Below, in pieces: positions 16,403 through 25,954 of a DNA stretch of 53,274 bases (positions are counted from its first letter, which is position 1; each line of letters opens with the position of its first letter). The stretch spans positions 1 to 53,274 of the forward strand of contig CAYXDS010000001.1 in NCBI GenBank assembly GCA_964463805.1. Direction: 5' to 3'. This DNA is from an uncultured Elusimicrobia bacterium (GTDB lineage: Bacteria; Elusimicrobiota; Elusimicrobia; F11). A program made the position numbers and the translations under genes. The notes below the pieces were generated by a model that was not told where the DNA came from, did no database searches, and saw only the letters and a program-made list of their open reading frames with translations.

Positions 16403-19400
16403 AACTCGTCACGAGTCCGCCGATCATCGGCGCAGCGATTCGTTTCATCATGTCGGCTCCGAGACTTGACGACCATAGGATCGGCAACAGGCCGATCAAC
16501 GCGGTCGCGACCGTCATCATTTTCGGCCGCACGCGCTTGACCGCACCGTGAATGATCGCTTCGGTGAGGTCCGCTTTCGTTTTCATTTTTCCTTTATCGA
16601 CCGCTTCGTGATACGCGAGATCCAAATACAGCAACATGAACACGCCGGTCTCGGCGTCCAATCCCATCAGCGCGATCATGCCGACCCACACGCCGATCGA
16701 GATGTTGTAGTTCAGCAGGTACAACAGCCATACCGCGCCGATCAACGAAAACGGAACCGCTAACAACACCAGCGACGTTTTCACCGCCGATTTCGTATTC
16801 ATGTACAGCAGCAAAAAGATTAAGAACAGCGTGATCGGCACCACCAGTTTCAATCTCTGGCGAACGCGCAACATGTTTTCGTATTGACCGCTCCACACGA
16901 GCGACGTTCCTGTCGGCAGTTTGATGCGATCGGCCACCGCGCGTTTCGCGCGATCGACGTAGCCGCCGATATCGGAGTCGGTCGTGTCGATGAAAACGTA
17001 GCCGGCCAACAGACCGCCTTCGTCCCGGATCATCGACGGGCCCGATTTCATTTCGATTTTCGCTAGCTCCCCGAGCGGCACGTTGGTTCCCGACATCGTT
17101 GTCACCAGCACGCGGCGCAGAGAGGAAATGTCGTCGCGCAATTCGCGCGGATAACGCACGTTCACCGTGTAGCGCTCGCGGCCTTCGATCGTGGTTGTCA
17201 CGGGTTCGCCGCCGATCGCCGACATGATCACCATTTGTACGTCTTTGATGCTCATGCCGTAACGTGCGAGTTGATCGCGACGAATGTCGAAGTCGAGGAA
17301 ATAGCCGCCGGCCACACGTTCGGCGAAAACGCTGCGTGTGCCATGCACGTCGCGCAACGCTTGCTCGAGTTGGAGTCCCACGCGCTCGATGGTGGCCAAA
17401 TCGCTTCCGAGAACTTTTACTCCGACCGGCGTGCGAATGCCCGTCGACAACATATCGAGCCGATTTTTGATCGGCATCGTCCATGCATTGGTGACGCCCG
17501 GGAATTTCAACGCGGCGTCCATCTCTTCGATCAATCGGTCTTTCGTGAGACCTTTGCGCCATTGGTCGCGCGGTTTCAACAGCACCGTCGTTTCCATCAT
17601 CGAGAACGGCGCCGGGTCGGTGGCCGTTTCGGCGCGACCCGCTTTGCCGAACACGCGTTCGACTTCCGGAAAACTTTTCAGAATTTTGTCCTGTGTCTGC
17701 ATCAGCTTTTGCGCTTCGGTTACCGAGATGCCGGGCAACGTGGTCGGCATGTACAGCAAATCGCCTTCGAACAACGGCGGCATGAATTCCGAACCGAGCT
17801 TCAAATAAATCGGAATCGTGCTGAGCACCAACAATACGGCGGCGGCCAACGTTTTCTTCCGGTGTTTGAGAACGAATCGGCACGCCGGCTCATAGATTTT
17901 GAACAGCCGTCGGCTCACCGGATGTTTTTCTTCCGGATAATATTTTCCGACCGTGAGCGTATTCACGATCGAGGACAACCACGCGGGACGAAAATGCACA
18001 TAGTCCATGCGCGTGAACATCATGCGCACGGCCGGATCGAGCGTAATCGCGAGAATTGCCGCGATGAACATCGCGAGATTTTTTGTGTAAGCCAGCGGCC
18101 GAAACAGCCGCCCCTCTTGGTCGACCAGCGTGAATACCGGCAAAAACGCGATCGCGATCACGAGCAGAGAAAAGAAAACGCTCGGCCCCACTTCTTTTAA
18201 TGCTTCGAGCCGCACCACATGAAAATCGCCGGGACGGCCCGCTTCGTTCCATTCTTCGAGCCGCTTGTAAGCGTTCTCGACTTCGACGATCGCGCCATCG
18301 ACGAGCACGCCGATCGAAATCGCGATGCCGGCCAACGACATGATGTTCGACGTGACGCCGAGCAGATACATCGGGATGAACGATAAGAACACCGAGATCG
18401 GAATCGTCACGATCGGCACCAGCGCCGACGGAACGTGCCACAAGAAAAACAGAATTACGAGGCTCACGATGATCATTTGCAGCCGCAGTTCGTGTGTGAG
18501 CGTGTGAATCGCGCTTTTGATCAGGTTCGAACGATCGTACACAGGCACGATTTCGAATCCTTCCGGCAAACTCGACGCCACTTCTTTTATTTTTTCCTTT
18601 ACGCGATTGATCACATTCAGCGCGTTCTCGCCTTGGCGCATCACAATGATGCCACCTACCGTATCGCCGAGTCCGTCGATGTCCGATACACCGCGGCGAA
18701 TGTCGGGGCCCATCGAAACGTGCGCCACATTTTTCACGAGAATCGGCGTGCCGTTTATGTTGCGGCCGACCACGATTTTTTCGATGTCCTCGAGCGATTT
18801 CGCATAACCGCGGCCGCGAATCATGTACTCAGCGCCGGCAAACTCGACGAGCCGGCCGCCGACATCGTTGTTGCCGTCCCGCACCGCATCCACCACGCGC
18901 GAGATCGGCACTTTGTACGCGGCCAGCGCGTTTGGTTCCACGTTCACTTGATACTGTTTCTGAAATCCGCCGATCGACGCCACTTCAGCTACACCGGGCA
19001 CCGATTGCAGCCAATACCGCAGCGTCCAGTCCTGAAAGCCGCGCAAGTCGGCCAACGAATGCTTGCCGCTCTTGTCGATCAGCGCGTATTGATACACCCA
19101 TCCGACGCCGGTCGCGTCGGGGCCCAGTTCGGTTTTCACGCCTTCGGGAAGTCGCGGTTGGATCTTTGACAAATATTCGAGCACGCGGCTGCGCGCCCAA
19201 TACAAATCGGTGCCATCCTGGAAAATCACATACACATACGAGAATCCGAAATCTGAAAACCCGCGCACCGCTTTCACTTTCGGCGCGCCGAGCAACGACG
19301 TAATAATCGGATACGTTACTTGGTCTTCGACGATGTCGGGACTGCGGTCCCAGCGCGAGTACACGATCACTTGTGTATCCGATAAATCGGGGATCGCGTC

Positions 19401-19508
19401 GAGCGGGATTTGTTTCCAGCAATACCAGGCGATGCCGAGCGAAACGATCGTCAGCATGATCATCAAATATTTGTTAACGGCTGAAAATTCGATGATGCGT
19501 TTGATCAT
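16338..19508 (-). CDS. cusA: heavy-metal efflux RND pump, CusA-type
   Basis: 1056 aa with the HME-RND architecture. Segments LLYMPT, SMMETT and RLDMLSTG match, from memory, the regions holding the CusA Met triad. It starts 2 nt after the adaptor gene stop. Confidence 0.85.
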   Translation of the reverse strand: MIKRIIEFSAVNKYLMIMLTIVSLGIAWYCWKQIPLDAIPDLSDTQVIVYSRWDRSPDIVEDQVTYPIITSLLGAPKVKAVRGFSDFGFSYVYVIFQDGTDLYWARSRVLEYLSKIQPRLPEGVKTELGPDATGVGWVYQYALIDKSGKHSLADLRGFQDWTLRYWLQSVPGVAEVASIGGFQKQYQVNVEPNALAAYKVPISRVVDAVRDGNNDVGGRLVEFAGAEYMIRGRGYAKSLEDIEKIVVGRNINGTPILVKNVAHVSMGPDIRRGVSDIDGLGDTVGGIIVMRQGENALNVINRVKEKIKEVASSLPEGFEIVPVYDRSNLIKSAIHTLTHELRLQMIIVSLVILFFLWHVPSALVPIVTIPISVFLSFIPMYLLGVTSNIMSLAGIAISIGVLVDGAIVEVENAYKRLEEWNEAGRPGDFHVVRLEALKEVGPSVFFSLLVIAIAFLPVFTLVDQEGRLFRPLAYTKNLAMFIAAILAITLDPAVRMMFTRMDYVHFRPAWLSSIVNTLTVGKYYPEEKHPVSRRLFKIYEPACRFVLKHRKKTLAAAVLLVLSTIPIYLKLGSEFMPPLFEGDLLYMPTTLPGISVTEAQKLMQTQDKILKSFPEVERVFGKAGRAETATDPAPFSMMETTVLLKPRDQWRKGLTKDRLIEEMDAALKFPGVTNAWTMPIKNRLDMLSTGIRTPVGVKVLGSDLATIERVGLQLEQALRDVHGTRSVFAERVAGGYFLDFDIRRDQLARYGMSIKDVQMVIMSAIGGEPVTTTIEGRERYTVNVRYPRELRDDISSLRRVLVTTMSGTNVPLGELAKIEMKSGPSMIRDEGGLLAGYVFIDTTDSDIGGYVDRAKRAVADRIKLPTGTSLVWSGQYENMLRVRQRLKLVVPITLFLIFLLLYMNTKSAVKTSLVLLAVPFSLIGAVWLLYLLNYNISIGVWVGMIALMGLDAETGVFMLLYLDLAYHEAVDKGKMKTKADLTEAIIHGAVKRVRPKMMTVATALIGLLPILWSSSLGADMMKRIAAPMIGGLVTSFILELLIYPPLYELWKERKLP

Positions 19509-19510
19509 AA

Positions 19511-20680
19511 TTATTTCCCCTGGACCGCCGCCTTCAGCTTCGATTCGGAGTCGACCAAGAAATTTGCCGATGTCACCACGCGTTCACCTTCTTTGACGCC
19601 GGCGATGACTTCGTAAAAGCCCTCTGCTTTTTTGCCGAGCGTTACGATGCGTGGTTCGAACTCTCCGGCCGATTTTTCAACGTATACGAGTTGCCGCGTG
19701 CCCGTATCGATTACGGCCGTTTCGGGCACCGCGAGTTTGCGGCCGGCCGGCACATGAATCACCGCATTCAAATACATCTCTGGCCGCAACGCGCCGTCGG
19801 TGTTCACCGTTTCCGCGCGCGCTCGCAGCGTGCGCGTTTCGCTGTTGAGAATCGTATCGACCGCGCGCACGGTCGCCGTGTAAATTTTTCCGGGCGACGC
19901 GGCCGAGGTGATGTCGGCTTTTTGTCCCGCTTTAACGAGCGGCGCTTCGTAGTCGTAGATGTCGATGTAAATCCAGACTTTACCGCCTGGTTTCGACAAC
20001 AACAGATTCGACGCATCGAACCCGGGACGGCTCACTTCTTTGATTTGTTCGTCGGACAAACCCATTTGACGCAAGCGTAATTCCGACGCATGAATCAACG
20101 AGGTGGTCTCCGTTTTGAAATTACCTTGTTGTTCGCCGTTTGATTTCAGCGACGCGAGCGCTTGCTGATGTTCAAGAATTGCGTTGTACAGATTCGGATC
20201 GTACGCCACGCGCGCCGACGCGCGGATCGCCGTTGTCAAATCGCGTGTTTCTGCGGGCGCCACGGTGACGCCGATCAACTGTTGGCGTTCCGGCGGAATT
20301 TTTACCGTCGATTGACCTGGAACCGAATTTGCCACGGCGTTTTGCTGCGTCGACTCGGATTCCATAAGTACGAGTTGCATGCCGCAAATCGGACAGTTGC
20401 CCGGCTTTTCTGAAACATACGAGGGGTGCATCGGGCAGTGATATTTTGTTTGCGTGATTGCTTTTTCTGTCGAACCGGTGTTGCGGGAACACGACACTAA
20501 AATCAGTGGGGAGAACAGCGCGACGAGCGCAAAAAACAAAACGGTTCCCCGCCCCAGCGGGGCGGGGGCAGGGGTGGGGTAACGCCGAAGCGATCGCTTC
20601 GGTTTGGCCCCCCTCCTGCCCTCCCCCCTTGCGGGGGGAGGAACCGGAGTTTTTTGGGTGGTCAGAAATTTATTTTTCAT
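19511..20680 (-). CDS. cusB: RND periplasmic adaptor (CusB-like) lipoprotein with an N-terminal heavy-metal-binding CxxC...CxxC domain
   Basis: AAGGAG lies 8-9 nt upstream of ATG 20680. The lipobox is LILVSC. YHCPMHPSYVSEKPGNCPICGM is an HMBD-like motif. The rest is the membrane-fusion-protein barrel/hairpin body. Confidence 0.8.
   Translation of the reverse strand: MKNKFLTTQKTPVPPPARGEGRRGAKPKRSLRRYPTPAPAPLGRGTVLFFALVALFSPLILVSCSRNTGSTEKAITQTKYHCPMHPSYVSEKPGNCPICGMQLVLMESESTQQNAVANSVPGQSTVKIPPERQQLIGVTVAPAETRDLTTAIRASARVAYDPNLYNAILEHQQALASLKSNGEQQGNFKTETTSLIHASELRLRQMGLSDEQIKEVSRPGFDASNLLLSKPGGKVWIYIDIYDYEAPLVKAGQKADITSAASPGKIYTATVRAVDTILNSETRTLRARAETVNTDGALRPEMYLNAVIHVPAGRKLAVPETAVIDTGTRQLVYVEKSAGEFEPRIVTLGKKAEGFYEVIAGVKEGERVVTSANFLVDSESKLKAAVQGK
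20547..20641. repeat. ~100-bp G/C-rich palindromic element lying in frame within the cusB 5' coding region
   Basis: Three hairpins: CCCCGCCCC-AGC-GGGGCGGGG (20547-20567), the perfect 18-nt palindrome CCGAAGCGATCGCTTCGG (20585-20602), and CCTCCCCCC-TTGC-GGGGGGAGG (20620-20641). The flanking arms are also imperfectly inverted around the GCGATCGC centre. Confidence 0.75.
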
Positions 20681-21944
20681 TGTGTGTCTCCTTTTCCTTC
20701 GGGCTCAGGTCGGTTCCGACCCATCTTTCGAGTTCGCTCCAGTGTTCGTAGGTGTGATAGACCTCGTTTTCGTGCTCGACGTGTGCGTCGACCCAGGCGC
20801 GGCTGGCTTCGAGCAGTCGTAGGAAATCGCCGCGGCCCGCTGCGTATTGATCGCGCGTGGAGTTCAGTGCCGCTTGTGCGGCCGGCAAAACTTCGGTCTG
20901 TATTTTTTTCGCGAGCGTTAGGTGCATGTTCAGCTCCACATATTCCATCGCCACCATCTTGCGAACCATGTTTGTCATGCCGCGCGCCATCGATTCCGCT
21001 TCAAGCATGTGCGCTTTTGCGCTCGCCGATTGATTCCACGCACGCTTCATCCACAAGGGCACGCTTAGTGAAATTCCCAGCTGACGTCCAGCTTCCCCGA
21101 CGCCACCACCGTTGCCCGCGGTTTGATATTCGTACATGAATCCAAGATCCGGCGCATATTCGAGCCGGCTGCGCCATAACATCGCGCCGCTATGTTCGAC
21201 TTCGTGGTGCGCTTCTCGGTAGTGCGGGTTGTGATTTTCGGCCATCGTTTGCAGTTGTTTGAGCGTGAACGGCACATCATCGATGCGATCACCGGCCGGC
21301 GGCGCGGGCCACGTTTTTTCGAGCGGTTCATCGAGCAACGTGTTCAATTCAATTTCAATTTCACGCCGCTGTTGTTCTTTTTCGAACACCATATTTTCCA
21401 TGCGCCGCAGTTCCATTTGCGCCATAAACGAGTCCGATGCCATCGCTTGATTGGCCGCGAGCCGCGATTGCGTGGATCCGAGCGTTCGGCGCATCGACTC
21501 CGCATTTTGCTTCGCGAATGCAATGCGACGATCGGCGCTCGCCAGTTGGTGGTACGCTATTTTTACGTTGCGCAGCGCCTCAAGCAACGCGTCTTCGTAT
21601 TTGGCTTGAGCGATCAGAGCCTCGTGGTGTTTCATGCGCGCTTCGTTCGAAAGTTTTCCCGGAAACGGCACTTCTTGAGACACGTTATAGTGCTTGCGTG
21701 TCATCGGTTCCATTCCGACTTGACCGGTCGGGTCTTTTTCATCGATATACGTGACCATCGGATTCGGCCATACGCCGGCCGCGCGTGCCTCCTTTTCCGA
21801 AACATTCCATTTCTCAAAGGCGGCGCGCACGTCTGGGTTGCGGTCAGGCACTTGTTTCAACAACTCGGGCAACGACAGCGCAGTCGTTTCGGCACGGGCG
21901 ACGAGGGGCGACAAAATAAAAGCGATCACAAATAAATATTTCAT
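20670..21944 (-). CDS. cusC: TolC-family outer-membrane efflux factor (CusC/CzcC-like)
   Basis: Signal peptide MKYLFVIAFILSPLVARA, two-repeat helical OMF pattern, GGAAGGA SD. It overlaps the cusB start by 11 nt. Confidence 0.75.
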   Translation of the reverse strand: MKYLFVIAFILSPLVARAETTALSLPELLKQVPDRNPDVRAAFEKWNVSEKEARAAGVWPNPMVTYIDEKDPTGQVGMEPMTRKHYNVSQEVPFPGKLSNEARMKHHEALIAQAKYEDALLEALRNVKIAYHQLASADRRIAFAKQNAESMRRTLGSTQSRLAANQAMASDSFMAQMELRRMENMVFEKEQQRREIEIELNTLLDEPLEKTWPAPPAGDRIDDVPFTLKQLQTMAENHNPHYREAHHEVEHSGAMLWRSRLEYAPDLGFMYEYQTAGNGGGVGEAGRQLGISLSVPLWMKRAWNQSASAKAHMLEAESMARGMTNMVRKMVAMEYVELNMHLTLAKKIQTEVLPAAQAALNSTRDQYAAGRGDFLRLLEASRAWVDAHVEHENEVYHTYEHWSELERWVGTDLSPKEKETHNEK

Positions 21945-22001
21945 AAGTCCTTCCAGTAAGTAACGAGCGACGGGTTGAACCGTGAGACGGGTGAGACGCG
22001 T

Positions 22002-22361
22002 TTAGGCGAGAAAGGGCGGAGCGCGAAGCGAAGGTGGGGCGAGCGGCGGGTCTATTGGAGGATCAATATTATTAGAAGGCAGATAAGAATCGGTGACGGC
22101 TGACCCAATGTTGGTTTCTGGAACGATCGGCGCCGTCATCCAAACGACTGAAATTGTGAGGCGGGTTTGCTCAATGGCTTGCGGAGCGGTTGCTGCTTTT
22201 TTGATGACCGGGCAGGATTCTTTGGCTTTTCCCGATGGGCAACAACAGGCGTTGGCTTTGCTCATCGAATCGCACGCGGCGAGCGACAGCGGAATTTGAA
22301 TCGCCGCGGTGCCGAGCGCCAGCAAAACCAACGCCGTTATTGACCGTACAAATCTACGCAT
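22002..22361 (-). CDS. small Cys-rich putative lipoprotein upstream of cusCBA
   Basis: Signal/lipobox ...IQIPLSLAAC, then the cluster CDSMSKANACCCPSGKAKESCP, and a Pro-rich C-terminus. No clear SD. It lies 16 nt downstream of glnK. Confidence 0.5.
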   Translation of the reverse strand: MRRFVRSITALVLLALGTAAIQIPLSLAACDSMSKANACCCPSGKAKESCPVIKKAATAPQAIEQTRLTISVVWMTAPIVPETNIGSAVTDSYLPSNNIDPPIDPPLAPPSLRAPPFLA

Positions 22362-22377
22362 GCATAGAGTATAGCCC

Positions 22378-22719
22378 TTAAATGGCCGTTCCGCCTCTTT
22401 CGCCGGTGCGAATGCGGATGCAACTTTCGAGCGGTGTTACGAATATTTTTCCATCACCGATTTTTCCCTCGCCGTGTTTGGCCGCTTTAATGATCGCATT
22501 CACGGCCACTTCGACGAATTCGTCGTTGCACGCAATTTGGAGCTGCACTTTCGGGATCAGGTTCGGCACCACGACTTGCCCACGATAAATTTCTTCGTCC
22601 ACACCGCGACCGTGACCCGACACGCGACTCACTGTGATGCGCGTAATGTCGGCCGCGATCAACGCTTCTCGAACGGGGTCCAATCGGTCCGGTTGGATGA
22701 TTGCAGTGATCAATTTCAT
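22378..22719 (-). CDS. glnK: P-II nitrogen regulatory protein
   Basis: 113 aa, colinear with GlnB/GlnK: MKLITAIIQP..LD.VREAL, a T-loop with EIYRG, KIGDGKIFV, IRIRTGE. GGAG SD. It lies immediately downstream of amtB. Confidence 0.9.
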   Translation of the reverse strand: MKLITAIIQPDRLDPVREALIAADITRITVSRVSGHGRGVDEEIYRGQVVVPNLIPKVQLQIACNDEFVEVAVNAIIKAAKHGEGKIGDGKIFVTPLESCIRIRTGERGGTAI

Positions 22720-22730
22720 GGGATTCTCCG

Positions 22731-23987
22731 TTAGTTCGGGTTCACAAGGCCGTAGCCGTGTTCGCCGTGCAGGCTGTGGTCAAGTCCGGCCATTTCGTTC
22801 GTTTCCTCGATTCGGAAACCGATCGTTTTCTCGATGAGCACCATGAGGATTGCCGTGGCGACCAGCGAAAACACGATCGTTATTCCAACCGCTGCCGCTT
22901 GCACGCCCAATTGTTGCATGGTGGTCCATGAGCCGCCCGCTTTCGCGGCTGCTTCGGCCATCCAACTGTCGCGGATGAAGAACGTGAGCGCGATTGCGCC
23001 GGTGATGCCGGCCAATCCGTGAATACCGAATACATCGAGGCTGTCGTCGTAGCCTAGTTTCGTTTTGATTTTCAGCGCGTGGTAGCAGATGAACGACGCG
23101 ATGAATCCGAGTGCGATGGCGCCCGTCACTTTCACGACGCCGGCGGCAGGCGTGATCACGACAAGGCCGGCCAGCATGCCGCTTACGAAGCCGAGGCTCG
23201 TCGCTTTGCGATGACCGATCGCTTCGATCAGCATCCACGCGAGCGCGCCCGCGGCGGCCGCCACTTGCGTGACCGTCAACGCGCGCGCGGTATCAAGGCT
23301 GCTTGACACTGAGCTGCCCGCGTTGAAACCAAACCATCCGACCCACAGAAGGCCGGCGCCCATTAACGTCATTACGAGATTGTTCGGGTTCATTGCCGTG
23401 CGCGGATAGCCGCGACGCGGGCCCAAGTAGAAAGCGAGCAACAATGCGCTGATTCCTGCTGAAATATGAACGACGGTGCCCCCCGCGAAGTCGATCGCAC
23501 CGCGCGCGCCCAGGTTGAACAAAAATCCGTCGGAGGCCCACACCCAGTGACACAGTGGGTTGTACACGAGCAAACTCCATAATGCGATGAACACGCAGTA
23601 ACCGCGAAACTTCACGCGTTCGGCGAAAGCGCCTGCGATTAAAGCAGGTGTGATGATCGCGAATTTTCCTTGGAACATCGCGAACACGTATTCGGGAATG
23701 TTCGCGCTCATGATCGCGTCATCGAGGCCGTTTAAAAACAGAAACTCTTTTTTCCAGCCGATGAACCCGCCGAGAACATTTGGACCGAAGCTAAGCGCGT
23801 AACCGCACACGGCCCACAAAACGCCGATGATTGCCATTGCCGCGAAGCTGTGCATCATTGTGCCCAGTACGTTTTTCGTGCGAACGAGACCGCCGTAAAA
23901 CATCGCGAGTCCCGGTACCATTAGAAGAACCAATGCCGTGGATGTGAGCATCCACGCTTCGGCTCCTGAGTCGATAGGCGTCGTCAT
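22731..23987 (-). CDS. amtB: ammonium transporter
   Basis: 418 aa with ~11 TM segments. Amt signature stretches are present: FYGGLVR.KN, DFAGGTVVHISAG, LLWVGWFGFNAGS, DVFGIHGLAGI. Confidence 0.9.
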   Translation of the reverse strand: MTTPIDSGAEAWMLTSTALVLLMVPGLAMFYGGLVRTKNVLGTMMHSFAAMAIIGVLWAVCGYALSFGPNVLGGFIGWKKEFLFLNGLDDAIMSANIPEYVFAMFQGKFAIITPALIAGAFAERVKFRGYCVFIALWSLLVYNPLCHWVWASDGFLFNLGARGAIDFAGGTVVHISAGISALLLAFYLGPRRGYPRTAMNPNNLVMTLMGAGLLWVGWFGFNAGSSVSSSLDTARALTVTQVAAAAGALAWMLIEAIGHRKATSLGFVSGMLAGLVVITPAAGVVKVTGAIALGFIASFICYHALKIKTKLGYDDSLDVFGIHGLAGITGAIALTFFIRDSWMAEAAAKAGGSWTTMQQLGVQAAAVGITIVFSLVATAILMVLIEKTIGFRIEETNEMAGLDHSLHGEHGYGLVNPN

Positions 23988-24037
23988 TTTCCCCCCACAG
24001 GTTAATGAGATTTTATGTCTGTGAATTGTTTAAAAAG

Positions 24038-25858
24038 CTATTTCGATTCCGAGCGTTTCCTTGCCGTATGATCAAGAATTTTTTTACGGATCCGGATATT
24101 CTTCGGCGTCACTTCGACGAGTTCGTCGGTTTCGATGAATTCGATCGCTTGTTCGAGCGTGAGCTGACGGTGCGGCGTCAGCATGACCGCGTCGTCGGAG
24201 CCGGTGGCGCGCATGTTCGACAACTGTTTCTTCTTGCACGGGTTCACGGTCAGCGTCGTGTCGCGCGAGCTTTCGCCGACGATCATGCCGCCATAGACCG
24301 GCGTGTTCGGACCCACGAACAACACGCCGCGTTCCTGAGTGCTTTCGAGCGCGTACCCGGTCGTGTCGCCGGGTTCTTGCGCGATCAGCACGCCTTTCTG
24401 GCGAAGCCGTTCGCCTTTCGTGCGTGGAATGTAGCCGTGGAAGCTGTGGTGCATGAGGCCGGTGCCGCGGGTCAGCGTCAAAAATTCGGATTTGAAGCCG
24501 ATCAGCGCGCGCGCCGAGATCACGTATTCGAGACGCAACCGTTTGCCTTCGAGAAGCATGTTTTTCATTTCGGCGCCGCGCGAGCCCAAGCATTCGAGCG
24601 CCGCACCTTGATAGGTGTCTTCGACATCGAGCACGAGGAATTCGGCCGGTTCCATTTTTTGGCCGTCGATTATTTTATCGATCACTTCCGGTTTCGATAC
24701 GGCCAACTCGTATCCTTCGCGGCGCATTGTTTCGATGAGAATCGACAAATGAAGTTCGCCGCGACCCGATACGCGGAAGCTGCTCGAGTTCGGGATTTCC
24801 TCGATGCGCAGTCCTACGTTGATTTCCTGTTCGTGGATGAGACGGTCGCGCAAATGCCGCGTGGTTAAAAATTCCCCATCTTGTCCCGCGAACGGACTGT
24901 CGTTCACCATAAATTCCATGACCAGCGTGGGCTCGTCGATCGACATCGGCTCGAGCGCCACCGGGTTTTCGGCCGCAGCGATCGTGTCGCCGACATTCGC
25001 ATCCTCAACGCCGGCGACCGCGACGATGTCGCCCGCCTGCGCCGATTCCATTTCACGTTGTACGAGTCCGAAGTAACGCAAAATTTTCGTGATCCGGAAT
25101 TTCACTTGCTCGCCGTTGCGGCGAACCAGCGTGACCGGCATGTTCTTTTGGACGCGGCCCGCGAAGATGCGTCCGATCGCGATGCGCCCGACGAAGTTGT
25201 CGTGGCCGAGGATCGTGACCAGCATCTGCAAGGGCTTCCCTTGGTCGGCGGTCGGACCGGGCACGTGTTTGATGATCGTTTCGAACAACGGCTTCAGATC
25301 GGTCGATTTGTGTTCGAGATCAAGCGTGGCCCAGCCGTCGCGGCCCGAGGCGTAAACAATCGGGAATTCGAGTTGCGGATCGGTGGCTCCAAGATCGACA
25401 AATAGACCGAAGGTTTTGTCGAGCGCTTCGTGAGGTTTCGCGCCGGGGCGATCAACTTTGTTCACAACGACGATGGGGTTCAGTCCAAGCTCGAGCGCTT
25501 TCTTCAGCACGAACCGCGTTTGCGGCATCGGTCCATCGTAAGCGTCAACGAGCAGCAGTACGCCGTCGACCATTTTTAAGGTGCGTTCCACTTCGCTGCC
25601 GAAGTCCGCGTGGCCGGGCGTGTCCACGATGTTGATCGTGTTGTCCTTGTAGGGGACGGACGTGTTCTTGGCCAAAATCGTGATGCCACGTTCGCGCTCA
25701 AGCGCGTTTGAATCCATAACGGCTTCTTGCGCTTCGTCGGCCTTTACTTTGAATTCGCCTGTTTGTTTCAGCATTGAGTCGACCAGCGTTGTTTTGCCGT
25801 GGTCAACGTGTGCGATGATTGCGATGTTTCTTACGTCTTGTCGTCGGAGTTCTGTCAT
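24038..25858 (-). CDS. typA: translational GTPase TypA/BipA
   Basis: RNIAIIAHVDHGKTTLVD, NIVDTPGHADFG, VVVNKVDR, and a BipA-type C-terminal domain. 606 aa. Confidence 0.92.
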   Translation of the reverse strand: MTELRRQDVRNIAIIAHVDHGKTTLVDSMLKQTGEFKVKADEAQEAVMDSNALERERGITILAKNTSVPYKDNTINIVDTPGHADFGSEVERTLKMVDGVLLLVDAYDGPMPQTRFVLKKALELGLNPIVVVNKVDRPGAKPHEALDKTFGLFVDLGATDPQLEFPIVYASGRDGWATLDLEHKSTDLKPLFETIIKHVPGPTADQGKPLQMLVTILGHDNFVGRIAIGRIFAGRVQKNMPVTLVRRNGEQVKFRITKILRYFGLVQREMESAQAGDIVAVAGVEDANVGDTIAAAENPVALEPMSIDEPTLVMEFMVNDSPFAGQDGEFLTTRHLRDRLIHEQEINVGLRIEEIPNSSSFRVSGRGELHLSILIETMRREGYELAVSKPEVIDKIIDGQKMEPAEFLVLDVEDTYQGAALECLGSRGAEMKNMLLEGKRLRLEYVISARALIGFKSEFLTLTRGTGLMHHSFHGYIPRTKGERLRQKGVLIAQEPGDTTGYALESTQERGVLFVGPNTPVYGGMIVGESSRDTTLTVNPCKKKQLSNMRATGSDDAVMLTPHRQLTLEQAIEFIETDELVEVTPKNIRIRKKILDHTARKRSESK

Positions 25859-25954
25859 GGTGTCCTTCGTGGTTCGTGGAAAGTGAGGGGCCTATCTATC
25901 AAATATTGCACAATGACGCTTTGCATCACTTAAAAAGGAGCGTCCCCGTTCGCT

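Noticed and set aside
23988-24037. Expected NtrC/sigma-54 type control region upstream of amtB-glnK
   Set aside because: Only 50 nt separate the typA stop from the amtB start. I could not see a TGGCAC-N5-TTGC-like element, so no promoter is called.
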